DNA from: a virus
DNA length: 64,000 nt
IMG/VR virus record: IMGVR_UViG_3300044801_000208
Coordinates: 33,809 to 97,808 of that record
Strand: one strand, 5' to 3'
In this document: piece by piece, positions 9,030-18,019 of the stretch
Layout: each line of letters starts with the position of its first letter
Numbering within the stretch: position 1 is the first letter of the stretch
Translations under genes and position numbers: made by a program
The notes under the pieces: generated by a model
What the model saw: the letters and a program-made list of their open reading frames with translations, nothing else
What the model was told of the DNA's origin: nothing
Databases searched by the model: none

Positions 9030-10466
9030 CTAGGCCAGCGTGGCGGCCGGGCTCGGTGTGAACAGAGACGTATAGGTCCTCTCTACTTGAAAGATAAAAT
9101 TGAACTTCCATTGATACGGACTGTCCGCTGTCATTTCCCACGACAAACTTTTGAAGTACCCCAGATACACAGAATTCCTGTACTTCATGGCCACGTAGCC
9201 GCGAGTCATCACGTCGTTGTTGCGGGCGGCCTGCTGGAAGGAACTAGCGCCCGTCGACGGCGACCACGCGTTCGGCGCGGCCTGGTCCTGGCCCGTGAAC
9301 ACGCCCTGGTAGTTCTGGCTGTAGAACCACACGTTGCCGTTCATCTGGAACAGCTTCATGAACTCCACGAACGCGTCCTGGGCGGCGACGCGGAACGCCT
9401 CGGGGTTGGCGGCGATCGCCATCTCCACGTCCGGGCTGTCCGGGTACGCCGCGCCGATCAGCCGGGCGATGGTGTCATTGATCGACGCCGTGCTGTAGTA
9501 GTCGGTCAGCCCCGCCTGGTTCATGAACACGCCCGTGGTGCCGCTGCCGCTGATGAGGTCGGGCTGCATGCCCCAGAGCGTGACGTGCATCCCCGTGCGG
9601 GACGGCTGGCGGTTGAAGACGTGCTTGCTGGTGAGCTCGAACGTCTGAATCGAGGTGTTGAGCTGCACCTGGATCGGCTCGTACGTCTGCGGGTTATACA
9701 TCAGCCCGTTAGTGGCGTCGGGGACGTAGCCCCCGGAGCTGGTCCGGGTGAAATACACCAGGAAGGACACGGGCTGGACGGCGGCCCTGACGCGCCTGTT
9801 CCCGGTCGTGAGGTTCTCGTCGTCGTACCACGGCGTGGCGTCCAGCCCGGCGTCTATCTGGAGGTCCGGGTTCATGGAGGCCTGTAGCGCGGCCACCTGC
9901 TGGTTGGCCACGTCGGGGTCCGAGCCGCTGCCGTAGTTGAGGCCGGAGGTGCCCGGGTCTATGAGGTTCCCCACCTCGGTGGACGCCGTGCCCGTGTCGT
10001 CTAGCGCCTGGCTCTTGAGCATGAGCAGCCTGGACACGGAGCGGCTGCCCGCCTGGGCGGCGAGGCCGGACACGCTGTACACGAAGCTCTGCGCGAGGGG
10101 CAGCGCCGGGATTCCGTGCTGGACCTGGACCGCGTTGACGGAGGTGACGTAGGCGGCGAGGGCGAACGGGTAGCTGCCGACGAAGACCTGCAAGAGCGCG
10201 GCCATGTACTCGATCCCCGCCTGGATGTTCCCCGCTGTGTTGTAGACGTCCAGCCCGAGCTGCGCGACGGAGCTCGGGAGCACGCCCATCACCCCGACGA
10301 ACTGCCCGTTCTCGGTGACGTTCTGCTCCGCGTCGTATTGCTGGCCCCCGGACATGTACTGCGCGATCGCGGAGCAGACCAGCGGGTCCACGCCGTACTG
10401 CGAGGCGTAGCTGTTGATCTGGTCCTGCACGGCCTGCGGGAGCGAGATGAATAGGGGGGTCGACAT
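9030..10466 (-). CDS. Virion protein with degenerate SLT transglycosylase N-terminal domain
   Basis: ASQYGVDPLV.SAI, GVMGV, NIQAGIEYM, ALAAY are SLT-like motifs; the catalytic ES is replaced by MS. Confidence 0.65.
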   Translation of the reverse strand: MSTPLFISLPQAVQDQINSYASQYGVDPLVCSAIAQYMSGGQQYDAEQNVTENGQFVGVMGVLPSSVAQLGLDVYNTAGNIQAGIEYMAALLQVFVGSYPFALAAYVTSVNAVQVQHGIPALPLAQSFVYSVSGLAAQAGSRSVSRLLMLKSQALDDTGTASTEVGNLIDPGTSGLNYGSGSDPDVANQQVAALQASMNPDLQIDAGLDATPWYDDENLTTGNRRVRAAVQPVSFLVYFTRTSSGGYVPDATNGLMYNPQTYEPIQVQLNTSIQTFELTSKHVFNRQPSRTGMHVTLWGMQPDLISGSGTTGVFMNQAGLTDYYSTASINDTIARLIGAAYPDSPDVEMAIAANPEAFRVAAQDAFVEFMKLFQMNGNVWFYSQNYQGVFTGQDQAAPNAWSPSTGASSFQQAARNNDVMTRGYVAMKYRNSVYLGYFKSLSWEMTADSPYQWKFNFIFQVERTYTSLFTPSPAATLA

Positions 10467-10473
10467 AGGTTAT

Positions 10474-13400
10474 TTATTTCTGCGCCGGGGACGAGCCGTG
10501 CTCCGACGGCGCTGCGCCCGTGCTGCCCGGCGGCGGGACGATCGTGCTGGCGTCAGTGGTGAAAATGTTCCAGACGGTGGTGGCGGCAGACTTGGTCTCG
10601 GCCCCCGCTCTGCTGGCCAGGTTGCCCCAGTAGTCGGCCGCTATGTCGAGCTTCTTCTGCTCCCACTTCTGGAGGTCGTTCTGCGGCATGCCTCCGGCGG
10701 CCAGGCCCTTGCCCGTCGCCGCCTCGATCAGCTTCGACGTCGCCTCCTCCTGGTCGCTGCTCCTGTACATCCCCTGGCCCTTGGTGTCCGTAAGCTTGGC
10801 GAGGAGCTCGTGGTCGTTCTTCAGCCCCTCCTCCAGGGTCTTCCCCTGCTCCTGTAGCGCCTTCTTCTGCTCGTCGGAGCCCGGGGGGAGCTTCGCTATC
10901 TGGTTGGCGATGTCCTGGAGGTGGGCCCCCGACTCCTGTATGCGGTCCTTGACCGCCTTGACCGAGTCGTCGATCTGCCCCGACGTCTCCGCGAAATCCT
11001 TCTTGAGGTCCTCCGTGTCGCTGCCGCCCGAGAGCCACTGCACGGCGTCCACGATCTTGCCCACGCCGGTGAGGAGCTCGGTGAACCACGGCTTGAACAC
11101 ATTGGTGAGGATGTCACCTATCGTCTGGGTCTTCTCGGCGATGTCCGTCTTGGCCACGGAGAGAGTGGCGGCGAGCTGCTCGTCGCCGACCTTGCTGGAG
11201 TCGCCAGCGTGCTTCACCAGCGACAGACCCCAGTCGTTGGCGGCCTGGAGCTCCTTCACGTTCAGCTTGCTGAGGTCGCCCTCCTTGACGGTCGCGTCCA
11301 GGAGGTCGGACAGCTGGTCCTCCGACATCTTGTTGAGGTCCTCGAACGTCCCCTTGCCCTTCTGGGACAGGAACATCGGGATGCCGCCCTTGTCCTTGGA
11401 CATGTAGAGCGCCTTGACCATCTCCTTGATGTTCTGCCGCCTGTCGGCCGTGCCGGGGGCCGCCTGCTCGATGTCCTGCATGCGGGTCGTCATCGCCCTA
11501 GACGTAAGCTGGTTGAGGGCGTCCTGCGTCTCCTTCAGGGACTTGGTGCCGAGCATGGGCATGAGCTGGCCCATCATGATGTTCTGTGACATCCCCACTT
11601 TGCCCGGCTTGGGGTAGAGGAGGTCGCCCATGCTCACGTGCGAGAGCTTGAGCACCTTGTCGATGTTCCTGATCGACTCCTCGGTGGCCTGTATTGGGCT
11701 GGCCCCGAACCTGAGCTTAGCCGACTCCCTGAGCCCCGGCGTCGCCTCCATCTGTCCGGAGAGCTGCTGAATCTGCGCGATCAGCTTGTCGTACTGGTCC
11801 ATGAGCGGTGCCGCGACGGTCGCGTCCTTGCCCCTGAGCCCGGCGAGCCCGATCTTGCCCTTCTGCGCCGCCACGAGCGCGGCCGAGTAGTCACCGGCCG
11901 CCATCGCCGCCTTAATCTCCGGGGCCGAACTGGGCACCTTCCCGGTGAGCTGCGACTTCGAGATGCTGTCGGCGATCTGGTCACTGGTGTCCAGCACCGT
12001 GTTCGCCATCGCCTTGCGCGTCGCCGCCAGGAGGTCCTTGTTCTCATCCGTGGCCGCGAATATCTTGGTCGCGATGTTGTCCGGCGACACCTTCTCCCCC
12101 TTCAGGAGGAACTCCATCATGTCCTTGAGAGACTCGGAGCTGATGGCCCCGTAGCGGCTGAGCTCTCGCATCATGTTGGTAGTCTGCTCCAGCGACTTGT
12201 TCATGCGGTCAAAGTGGCTGCTTACCTCGTCGATGACTTTGAGGTACTTCGTGGTCGAGATGCCCGCCGCCTGCGTGTCCTTGTTCAGCTTGTTGAAGAA
12301 CTGCTCCGAGCTGGTCAGCGTCTCGCCGTACTGCTCCAGCAGCTTGATGAGCTGGTCCGCGCCCTCCGTGTCCGTCAGCCCGGCCACGCGGGCCGCGCCG
12401 AACACCGTCCTCTGCGCGAGGCCGAGGCCGCCGCCCATGAACTCGCCCTGCGCTCCCGGCATCATGTTGGCCGACATGGGCGCTCCTGGAGCCATGGCCC
12501 CGCTGATGCCGAAGCCGCCCTGCGCCATCGCGCCCGCGAGCTCGAGGTTGCGCTGGAAGGTCGCGCCGAGGGCGACGCCCCCGCCGCCGAGGAGCCCCTG
12601 GTTGAGCGCCTGCCGCGCCTGGTTGAACGGGTCCTGAAAGCCAGCCGTGAAGATGCCGCCCTTGCCGAGCTTGGCCTCCATGTCCTTGTTCTGCTTGACG
12701 TAGGAGTTGAAGATTTCGTAGAGCGCCCAGATCGCGCCCACCACGAGCTCGAGCGGCAGCATGATGCCCTCAAGCGCGGTGACCGCCGTGAGGACCCCGT
12801 CCTCAAGCGCACCCATCGCCGTCGCGATGGCCCCGCCGCCCGCCTCCATGACCCCGCCGTACGCCGCCCCGACCTCGCCGCCCGTGGCCATTGCCTCCTC
12901 GCCCGCCTCGCCCGCCTCGAACGCCTCGGCCCCGGGAAGCGCCTCCCCGGCCTTCGACCTGAAGCCCATCTTCCTAGAGAGGAGCTTCCTGGCGTCCTCC
13001 TTCTTCAGGTCGATCTTGGCCATTGCCTCCTCGCCCGCCTCGAACGCCTCGGCCCCGGGAAGCGCCTCCCCGGCCTTCGACCTGAAGCCCATCTTCCTAG
13101 AGAGGAGCTTCCTGGCGTCCTCCTTCTTCAGGTCGATCTTGCCCGTCTCGGGGTCAAGGTGGGCTGCGTTGCCCAAGGACTCGATATCCTTGATGGACCT
13201 CTCGCGCTTCTCCTCCATGTGCTTCTTGGTGGCCTTGGCCCGCATGTCCTTGGACGCGGCGACCGCCGCCTTGATCTCCTGCGCCTGCTCCAGGCGGCGC
13301 TCCATCCGCGTCGCGAACCCCTTCCCTATGCCTAGTGAGCTGAGGATGCCGGACGCGCCCTTGATGGCCGCGCCCGTCTTGGTGAGGTTGGCCATGGCGG

Positions 13401-13935
13401 TGACGAGGTACTTGACGTTCTTGGCGGCGTTCTCGAAGTGCTTCGACATCTCCTCCATTTCCTTGTTCGTCAGCTCGCCGTGCTTCGTCATCTTCGCCCA
13501 GAACTCCTCGGCGAGGTGCAGCCTCTTCCCGAGCTCCGCCGCCTCGGCGGAGGTGGTCTTGGCGGACGCCATGGCCGCCTTGTACATGTCGACGAGGTCC
13601 TTCATCGTCTTGTTGGCTTTGTCGGCGTTCTTGAGCTTGGATACGTCCTTGTCGAGGAGTTTCTTGGCGAAGGAGTTGAGCTGCTCCTGGAGGTTGAGGA
13701 GATGCTTCATCTTCTTGCCCTCGTTCTCCCGGCTCTTGACGGTCGCGTCGAGGTCCTTCAGGCCCTCCCTCACCGCATCGTTGGTCTTCTCCGTCTTGTC
13801 CAGGACGTCGGAGGTAACGGACGAGACCTGGTTCAGGTTGTTCAGGTGGTCGTTGAGCGCGGCGGGGTCCATACCCTGGTTGGGGTTCTGGTTAGATGCG
13901 TTTGGGTCGTTCGGGGTGCCTGGTCCGTTTGCCAT
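10474..13935 (-). CDS. Tape measure protein, 1153 aa
   Basis: Long helical A/K/E/M/G-rich protein with hydrophobic segments; follows a chaperone-like gene and precedes baseplate genes. Confidence 0.75.
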   Translation of the reverse strand: MANGPGTPNDPNASNQNPNQGMDPAALNDHLNNLNQVSSVTSDVLDKTEKTNDAVREGLKDLDATVKSRENEGKKMKHLLNLQEQLNSFAKKLLDKDVSKLKNADKANKTMKDLVDMYKAAMASAKTTSAEAAELGKRLHLAEEFWAKMTKHGELTNKEMEEMSKHFENAAKNVKYLVTAMANLTKTGAAIKGASGILSSLGIGKGFATRMERRLEQAQEIKAAVAASKDMRAKATKKHMEEKRERSIKDIESLGNAAHLDPETGKIDLKKEDARKLLSRKMGFRSKAGEALPGAEAFEAGEEAMAKIDLKKEDARKLLSRKMGFRSKAGEALPGAEAFEAGEAGEEAMATGGEVGAAYGGVMEAGGGAIATAMGALEDGVLTAVTALEGIMLPLELVVGAIWALYEIFNSYVKQNKDMEAKLGKGGIFTAGFQDPFNQARQALNQGLLGGGGVALGATFQRNLELAGAMAQGGFGISGAMAPGAPMSANMMPGAQGEFMGGGLGLAQRTVFGAARVAGLTDTEGADQLIKLLEQYGETLTSSEQFFNKLNKDTQAAGISTTKYLKVIDEVSSHFDRMNKSLEQTTNMMRELSRYGAISSESLKDMMEFLLKGEKVSPDNIATKIFAATDENKDLLAATRKAMANTVLDTSDQIADSISKSQLTGKVPSSAPEIKAAMAAGDYSAALVAAQKGKIGLAGLRGKDATVAAPLMDQYDKLIAQIQQLSGQMEATPGLRESAKLRFGASPIQATEESIRNIDKVLKLSHVSMGDLLYPKPGKVGMSQNIMMGQLMPMLGTKSLKETQDALNQLTSRAMTTRMQDIEQAAPGTADRRQNIKEMVKALYMSKDKGGIPMFLSQKGKGTFEDLNKMSEDQLSDLLDATVKEGDLSKLNVKELQAANDWGLSLVKHAGDSSKVGDEQLAATLSVAKTDIAEKTQTIGDILTNVFKPWFTELLTGVGKIVDAVQWLSGGSDTEDLKKDFAETSGQIDDSVKAVKDRIQESGAHLQDIANQIAKLPPGSDEQKKALQEQGKTLEEGLKNDHELLAKLTDTKGQGMYRSSDQEEATSKLIEAATGKGLAAGGMPQNDLQKWEQKKLDIAADYWGNLASRAGAETKSAATTVWNIFTTDASTIVPPPGSTGAAPSEHGSSPAQK
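12887..13141. repeat. 123-bp in-frame tandem duplication in the tape measure gene (plus a nested 9-bp duplication)
   Basis: GAAGCCCATC... occurs at 12961 and 13084; KIDLKKEDARKLLSRKMGFRSKAGEALPGAEAFEAGE appears twice. Confidence 0.95.
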
Positions 13936-13939
13936 CTAC

Positions 13940-14596
13940 TTAGCTCTTCTTGGCGTCCTCCGCGCCCACTGGCTCTGGCGTGGTGTCGTACAGCGCGGAC
14001 ACCTGCTGCTCCAGGATGGTTTGGGTCTGCTCCTCCATTTGCTTGCGGGCGCGGTCGAAGAGGCGCTGCTCGACCTCGGTGAACTTCGCGTCGTTCGGGA
14101 AGTCCTCCCTCAGCCTGTCCTCAATGTTCTGGGAGTGGTTCATCAGGACCTTCCACAGGACCTCGACGACCTCCTGGCCCCAGCCCATGATGATGTTGCG
14201 CAGCGCCGCCTGTACGTCCTTCAGTGCGCCGCCGTCCGTCGGGTCTTGCACGAACCGCTTGTCGCCCGTGAGCTCGCGGAGGTTGATCCCGTCGATCCAG
14301 GAGATGGAGCGCGACAGCAGCTCCACTTTGACTCTCTTCATCCAGAGGTATCCCTTGAACTCGTCCGCCGCCTGGACGGAGAGCATCTCGTCGGTGGTCG
14401 GGACGTTTGCGATCTTGAGCCGCAAGGTCCTCCCCGCCTTGGTCCTGACTGTTAGCACCTCTTCGAATTCTTCAATTCCAAATCCGCGAAGCCCCGCGAT
14501 CACTTCGTCGACAGACTTAGGTGCTTCTTTATCCGGGACCGCTGGGGCTATGATATTGAGCTCGTCTTGCACGTGCTTTAGGTCTTCAATGGGCAT
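13940..14596 (-). CDS. Putative tail assembly chaperone
   Basis: Acidic ~218-aa protein directly upstream of the tape measure gene; likely start MPIEDLK after GAGGGAG. Confidence 0.55.
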   Translation of the reverse strand: MPIEDLKHVQDELNIIAPAVPDKEAPKSVDEVIAGLRGFGIEEFEEVLTVRTKAGRTLRLKIANVPTTDEMLSVQAADEFKGYLWMKRVKVELLSRSISWIDGINLRELTGDKRFVQDPTDGGALKDVQAALRNIIMGWGQEVVEVLWKVLMNHSQNIEDRLREDFPNDAKFTEVEQRLFDRARKQMEEQTQTILEQQVSALYDTTPEPVGAEDAKKS

Positions 14597-14614
14597 TTGC
14601 TCCCTCTTTCTCAA

Positions 14615-15124
14615 TCAAACTTTGTGCGGGCAGTTCACACCGGAACTTTTCGCTAGATGGCAATTGGCGCAGAGAATCTGGAACCCAGGCGGAAATCCAT
14701 GACGTATGAGCCATCGGTGAAGGGCGCTTCCGGACCCTTGAGCCTGGCGATGTGTCTTGCCGTCTCCGTTGATGTGGTCCACAGTCAGCCAGACAATTTC
14801 CGTCTCACGGCAACAGGCGCAGAACCCCCCATACTGATCAACTACGATTTTCTTATTCTTAATTCCGTTGTCGCGGGTCTTTTTCCGGGCTTTTTCAGCG
14901 TTGCGCTTATACCACAGCCTTGCTTTCTCTCTGTACGCCTCTGGGTTCTTCGCATAAAACGCCCTGTTCCTGGCGCGGACGCAGGCCTTGCACCAGCCGA
15001 ACGACCCTCCGGTTTTAGCCGTTCCCGATCTTCCTGGAAAGGGGGCTAGGGAGGCGTGGAAACCCCCCTCCGTGAATTCGCCTCCGCACTTCTTGCACTG
15101 TAAGACGGCTATAGGATCATCCAT
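14615..15124 (-). CDS. HNH homing endonuclease
   Basis: CKKC, WCKAC, YGGFCACC, LTVDHING, FQILCANCH. Confidence 0.85.
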   Translation of the reverse strand: MDDPIAVLQCKKCGGEFTEGGFHASLAPFPGRSGTAKTGGSFGWCKACVRARNRAFYAKNPEAYREKARLWYKRNAEKARKKTRDNGIKNKKIVVDQYGGFCACCRETEIVWLTVDHINGDGKTHRQAQGSGSALHRWLIRHGFPPGFQILCANCHLAKSSGVNCPHKV

Positions 15125-15250
15125 ACCTAAGAACGTATAGTCATTTGACAACGTATGAATATCAACCTCGTTTAATACCTGTGTTTTCAACGCCTTGCGG
15201 ATGGACGAAATGGCGGAGTCCGGGGTATACTGTAGGCGGAGGGACACCAA

Positions 15251-15826
15251 ATGAAAATCTTGGGAGCGATGATAGGTTTAATCATGAGACTGTTGGCGAT
15301 CCTGGGCCTTTTGCTTTTCGCCCCGGCGATCTTCCTCGTCGTCCCGATCGTCCTTGCCTGCGGGGCGAGAGTGAACGTGGGCGGGCTGGCCTTCGCGTAC
15401 ATGCTGCTCGGCCCCTTCGTCTGCGGCGTCTGGACCATGTCCTTGTGCCACGCCCGCAGGATTCTGCGCGTGACGGGCGGCAACCCGCGCCTGTACAAGA
15501 AGAGTTTCGCCCGCGACACGGCCATGTGCTTCGGCTGGCTGTTCTTCGGCTTCTTCGGCGCGGTCGCCTCCGAGGTTCTGTTCCGCCTCGCCTACGTGCG
15601 CCACGGCGCTGACATCTTCTGGTTCTCCGCCGCGCCGATCGTGATCTTCGCCCCGACGCTTCTCGCCCTGATCTTCGGGGAGATAGACGTGATCGGAAGG
15701 CTCAAGTACCGCGATGAGATGGCGATACATGTGGCGATCCTCGGGCGCTTGCCCCCGGACTTCCCGACCTTCAAGGACTGGCGACGCCGCATGGCCGCGA
15801 TCTACCCAGGCGGCGGGGTGCCCTAG
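15251..15826 (+). CDS. Integral membrane protein (about 4 TM), hypothetical
   Basis: GGAGG RBS, upstream TATACT, hydrophobic segments. Its last codons derive from the inverted-repeat copy. Confidence 0.7.
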   Translation: MKILGAMIGLIMRLLAILGLLLFAPAIFLVVPIVLACGARVNVGGLAFAYMLLGPFVCGVWTMSLCHARRILRVTGGNPRLYKKSFARDTAMCFGWLFFGFFGAVASEVLFRLAYVRHGADIFWFSAAPIVIFAPTLLALIFGEIDVIGRLKYRDEMAIHVAILGRLPPDFPTFKDWRRRMAAIYPGGGVP

Positions 15827-15854
15827 CCGTTGGCGCGGAGCCACTTCAGGATGT
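15805..15854 (-). repeat. Left arm of an inverted repeat (partner at 37666-37727)
   Basis: ACATCCTGAAGTGGCTCCGCGCCAACGGCTA + GGGCACCCCGCCGCCTGGG, identical to the right arm except for a 12-bp deletion. Confidence 0.95.
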
Positions 15855-16338
15855 GGGTGTCCAGCGGGATGACCTGCTGGTCGGGGCGGGTGTAGAGCGC
15901 GTACATTCGGGCGGTCTTCGCCCCCACGCTGTGGACGCCCTCAAGCTCCTCGATCGTGGCGGTCTTCGGGTCGACGGAGATGACCTCGCGGAACGCCTTG
16001 CCGATCCGCTTGCCGTAGATGCGTAGCCCCATGACCTCGACGCCGCCGTCCTGGAGGTACATGAGCTTGCCGCCCCCGCCGATGACGCCCTGGTTCATCA
16101 GGCTCATGGCGAGCGTGCGGTTCTTCTCGAACATCCAGTCGTGGTTGCCCGCGATGACCACGACACCGGCGGGGAACTTCTCCCCTTGTTTGCGAAGCCA
16201 CGCGCCGACCGCTGCGATCTCAGACATGCGCCCGAGCATGGTGAGGTCGCCAGCGTGGACCAGGATGTCGCCGTCGGGGACGGCGGGAATCCTGTCCTGC
16301 AAGTCGTGCGTGTCGGAGATGAGTACGATCCTGGGCAT
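15823..16338 (-). pseudogene. Chimeric ORF: N-terminal metallophosphoesterase fragment fused to the middle of an HhH (Ogg-like) DNA glycosylase
   Basis: SDTH, HAGD, GNHD motifs, then LEGVHSVGAKTA (HhH) and LDTHILKWL; both domains are incomplete. Confidence 0.8.
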
Positions 16339-16339
16339 G

Positions 16340-16879
16340 TCAGTCCCGCGTCTTGTAGCCCTTCTTCAGCTTCTCGTTGAGGACCCTGTCGTAGAGCGCC
16401 TTCGCGTCCTCGTACTCCAGGCCCTCGCCCTTGAAGTCGCGCTTGAGCTTCCTACCTACCCTGCCGTAGTCGGCGAACACCAGCCAGACGGAGTTGTCCT
16501 TGTCGTTGGAGGTCAGGGACAGGTGGTACTCCTTGTCGGAGGTGCCCTCCTGGAAGTACAGGTCCGCTACTAGGGACTCGTTCTCGATCAGCGGCTCCTC
16601 GTCCTCCTTGGGCTCGTAGTCGAGGCCGAACGCCTCCGCGTAGAGCTTCGCCCCCAGGTCTCGGTACTTCTCGGGGAGCTGCTTGACCTCCGCGCCGAGG
16701 TGCGCGAGGATGCCGCTCATGTACTCGCCGCGCCAGTGGGCGTCGTTGCAGTCCCAGCCGTCTATGTAGACGAGCTCGCCGTCGGGGTCGAACTTGAAGA
16801 AGGCGTCGCCCTCCCCGAGGTCGTCGCCGCAGATGAACTGGTGGTAGATGACGCGCTGTTGAGCCTTTGCCTTAGCCAT
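16340..16879 (-). CDS. WGR-domain protein
   Basis: LYFQEGTSDKEY...YGRVG...NEKLKKGY; likely start MAKAKAQ. Confidence 0.8.
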   Translation of the reverse strand: MAKAKAQQRVIYHQFICGDDLGEGDAFFKFDPDGELVYIDGWDCNDAHWRGEYMSGILAHLGAEVKQLPEKYRDLGAKLYAEAFGLDYEPKEDEEPLIENESLVADLYFQEGTSDKEYHLSLTSNDKDNSVWLVFADYGRVGRKLKRDFKGEGLEYEDAKALYDRVLNEKLKKGYKTRD

Positions 16880-17171
16880 GACACTCAATACCGGAACCAT
16901 CAGTATGAGCAAAGATTTCCAGACGGCATTCCCAGAGGACTTCGAGCAGGAGCCGGACCCGAACGTCATCATGTGCAGATGGGGGTGCGGGCAGCCAGCG
17001 AAGTACGGGAACCTGAGGCCGGGCTTGCAGGGCGGCGACCCGCCGTGCTGCTCGGGCGACCCGAAGACCGGGCGCGTAAGCAAGGGGGAGTGCCCCGCAA
17101 TCAAAGGGGCCGCCTTGAGGGCGGCCCGGAGGGCTGGGCGGCTAGGCCGAAGGTGGCAGAGCCGCTTCTGA
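16878..17171 (+). CDS. Small Cys-containing hypothetical protein
   Basis: CRWGCG, CC and C residues; plausible codon bias; start uncertain. Confidence 0.45.
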   Translation: MTLNTGTISMSKDFQTAFPEDFEQEPDPNVIMCRWGCGQPAKYGNLRPGLQGGDPPCCSGDPKTGRVSKGECPAIKGAALRAARRAGRLGRRWQSRF

Positions 17172-17180
17172 TCTGAAATT

Positions 17181-17255
17181 TGGTAGCCCTGAGCGGTATC
17201 GATCCGCCTTCCGCGCCTTGAGAGGGTGCTGTCCTAGCCAGTAGACGACAGGGCC
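17181..17255 (-). tRNA. tRNA-Glu(CTC)
   Basis: Cloverleaf, loop CT-CTC-AA, encoded CCA; atypical T loop. Confidence 0.8.
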
Positions 17256-17262
17256 ACTTTCT

Positions 17263-17373
17263 GCTGGTACAGCTCGCGCCCGCCCAGGCGCGGTTGCTTG
17301 CGCCAGCGGAGCGGCGGGCGGGGAACCCACTCCGGCGCTGAAAGTCGCACTCTGGCCTCTGAGTTAACAGCGC
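17263..17373 (-). pseudogene. tRNA 5' half fused to unrelated GC-rich sequence
   Basis: GCGCTGTTAACTCAGAGGCCAGAGTG D-arm present; no T arm. Confidence 0.5.
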
Positions 17374-17378
17374 GAACT

Positions 17379-17454
17379 TGGTAGGGTATAGGAGAATCGA
17401 ACTCCTCATCATCTGATTGAAAGTCAGAGGTCCAAACCGATAGACGGATACCCC
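17379..17454 (-). tRNA. tRNA-Glu(TTC)
   Basis: TCTGA-CTTTCAA-TCAGA, GTTCGATTC, CCA. Confidence 0.9.
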
Positions 17455-17487
17455 ATCTCTAAATTTACTCCCGCGTGCTCCTAAATT

Positions 17488-17563
17488 TGGTGGACCTAGT
17501 CGGGATCGAACCGACGACCTCTTCCATGCCATGGAAGCGCGCTCCCAGCTGCGCTATAGGCCC
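17488..17563 (-). tRNA. tRNA-Ala(GGC)
   Basis: CTTCC-ATGGCAT-GGAAG, G3:U70, ACCA. Confidence 0.95.
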
Positions 17564-17566
17564 AGC

Positions 17567-17655
17567 GAACGGCTTTCGGCAGGTACAGGATTCGAACCCG
17601 CGTCTCCGGCTGCCCGGAATCCTAAGCCACTAGACGAACCCCTACTCGCCGTTCT
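17567..17655 (-). ncRNA. tRNA-like RNA with a 4-nt anticodon loop and extended acceptor helix
   Basis: D arm, TCCGG-GCAG-CCGGA, GGTTCGAATCC, closing helix GAACGGC/GCCGTTC; no CCA. Confidence 0.6.
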
Positions 17656-17679
17656 TTGCGTCGTGCACGGACGCAATCT

Positions 17680-17755
17680 TGGTAGCGCACGAGGGACTCG
17701 AACCCTCATTTCACACGCTGAGAACGTGGTTGCCTAGCCGTTAGCAGAGTGCGCC
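17680..17755 (-). tRNA. tRNA-Glu(CTC), second copy
   Basis: CACG-TTCTCAG-CGTG, GGTTCGAGTCC, CCA. Confidence 0.85.
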
Positions 17756-17761
17756 GAAACT

Positions 17762-17837
17762 TGGTGGACCTAAGGGGGCTCGAACCCCTGACCTCATCGT
17801 TGCGAACGATGCGCTCTCCCAACTGAGCTACAGGCCC
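17762..17837 (-). tRNA. tRNA-Ala(CGC)
   Basis: CATCG-TTCGCAA-CGATG, ACCA. Confidence 0.95.
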
Positions 17838-17847
17838 AACTTCAAAC

Positions 17848-17924
17848 TGGAGCGGCTGGCGGGATTTGAACCCGCGATCTCTTCCATGGCAAGGAAGCAT
17901 TCTACCAGGCTGAACTACAACCGC
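17848..17924 (-). tRNA. tRNA-Gly(GCC)
   Basis: CTTCC-TTGCCAT-GGAAG, TCCA. Confidence 0.95.
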
Positions 17925-17938
17925 GTATTTCCAATCTT

Positions 17939-18007
17939 TGGAGCGAGAGACCGGACTCGAACCGGCAGTCTGAGCACACTGTCGTTGTAATCCATTCCAC
18001 ACCGCTC
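17939..18007 (-). pseudogene. Degenerate tRNA-like element
   Basis: T arm GCCGGTTCGAGTCCGGT and CGCTCCA end; non-canonical D and anticodon arms. Confidence 0.55.
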
Positions 18008-18019
18008 ATAGTCAAAATT

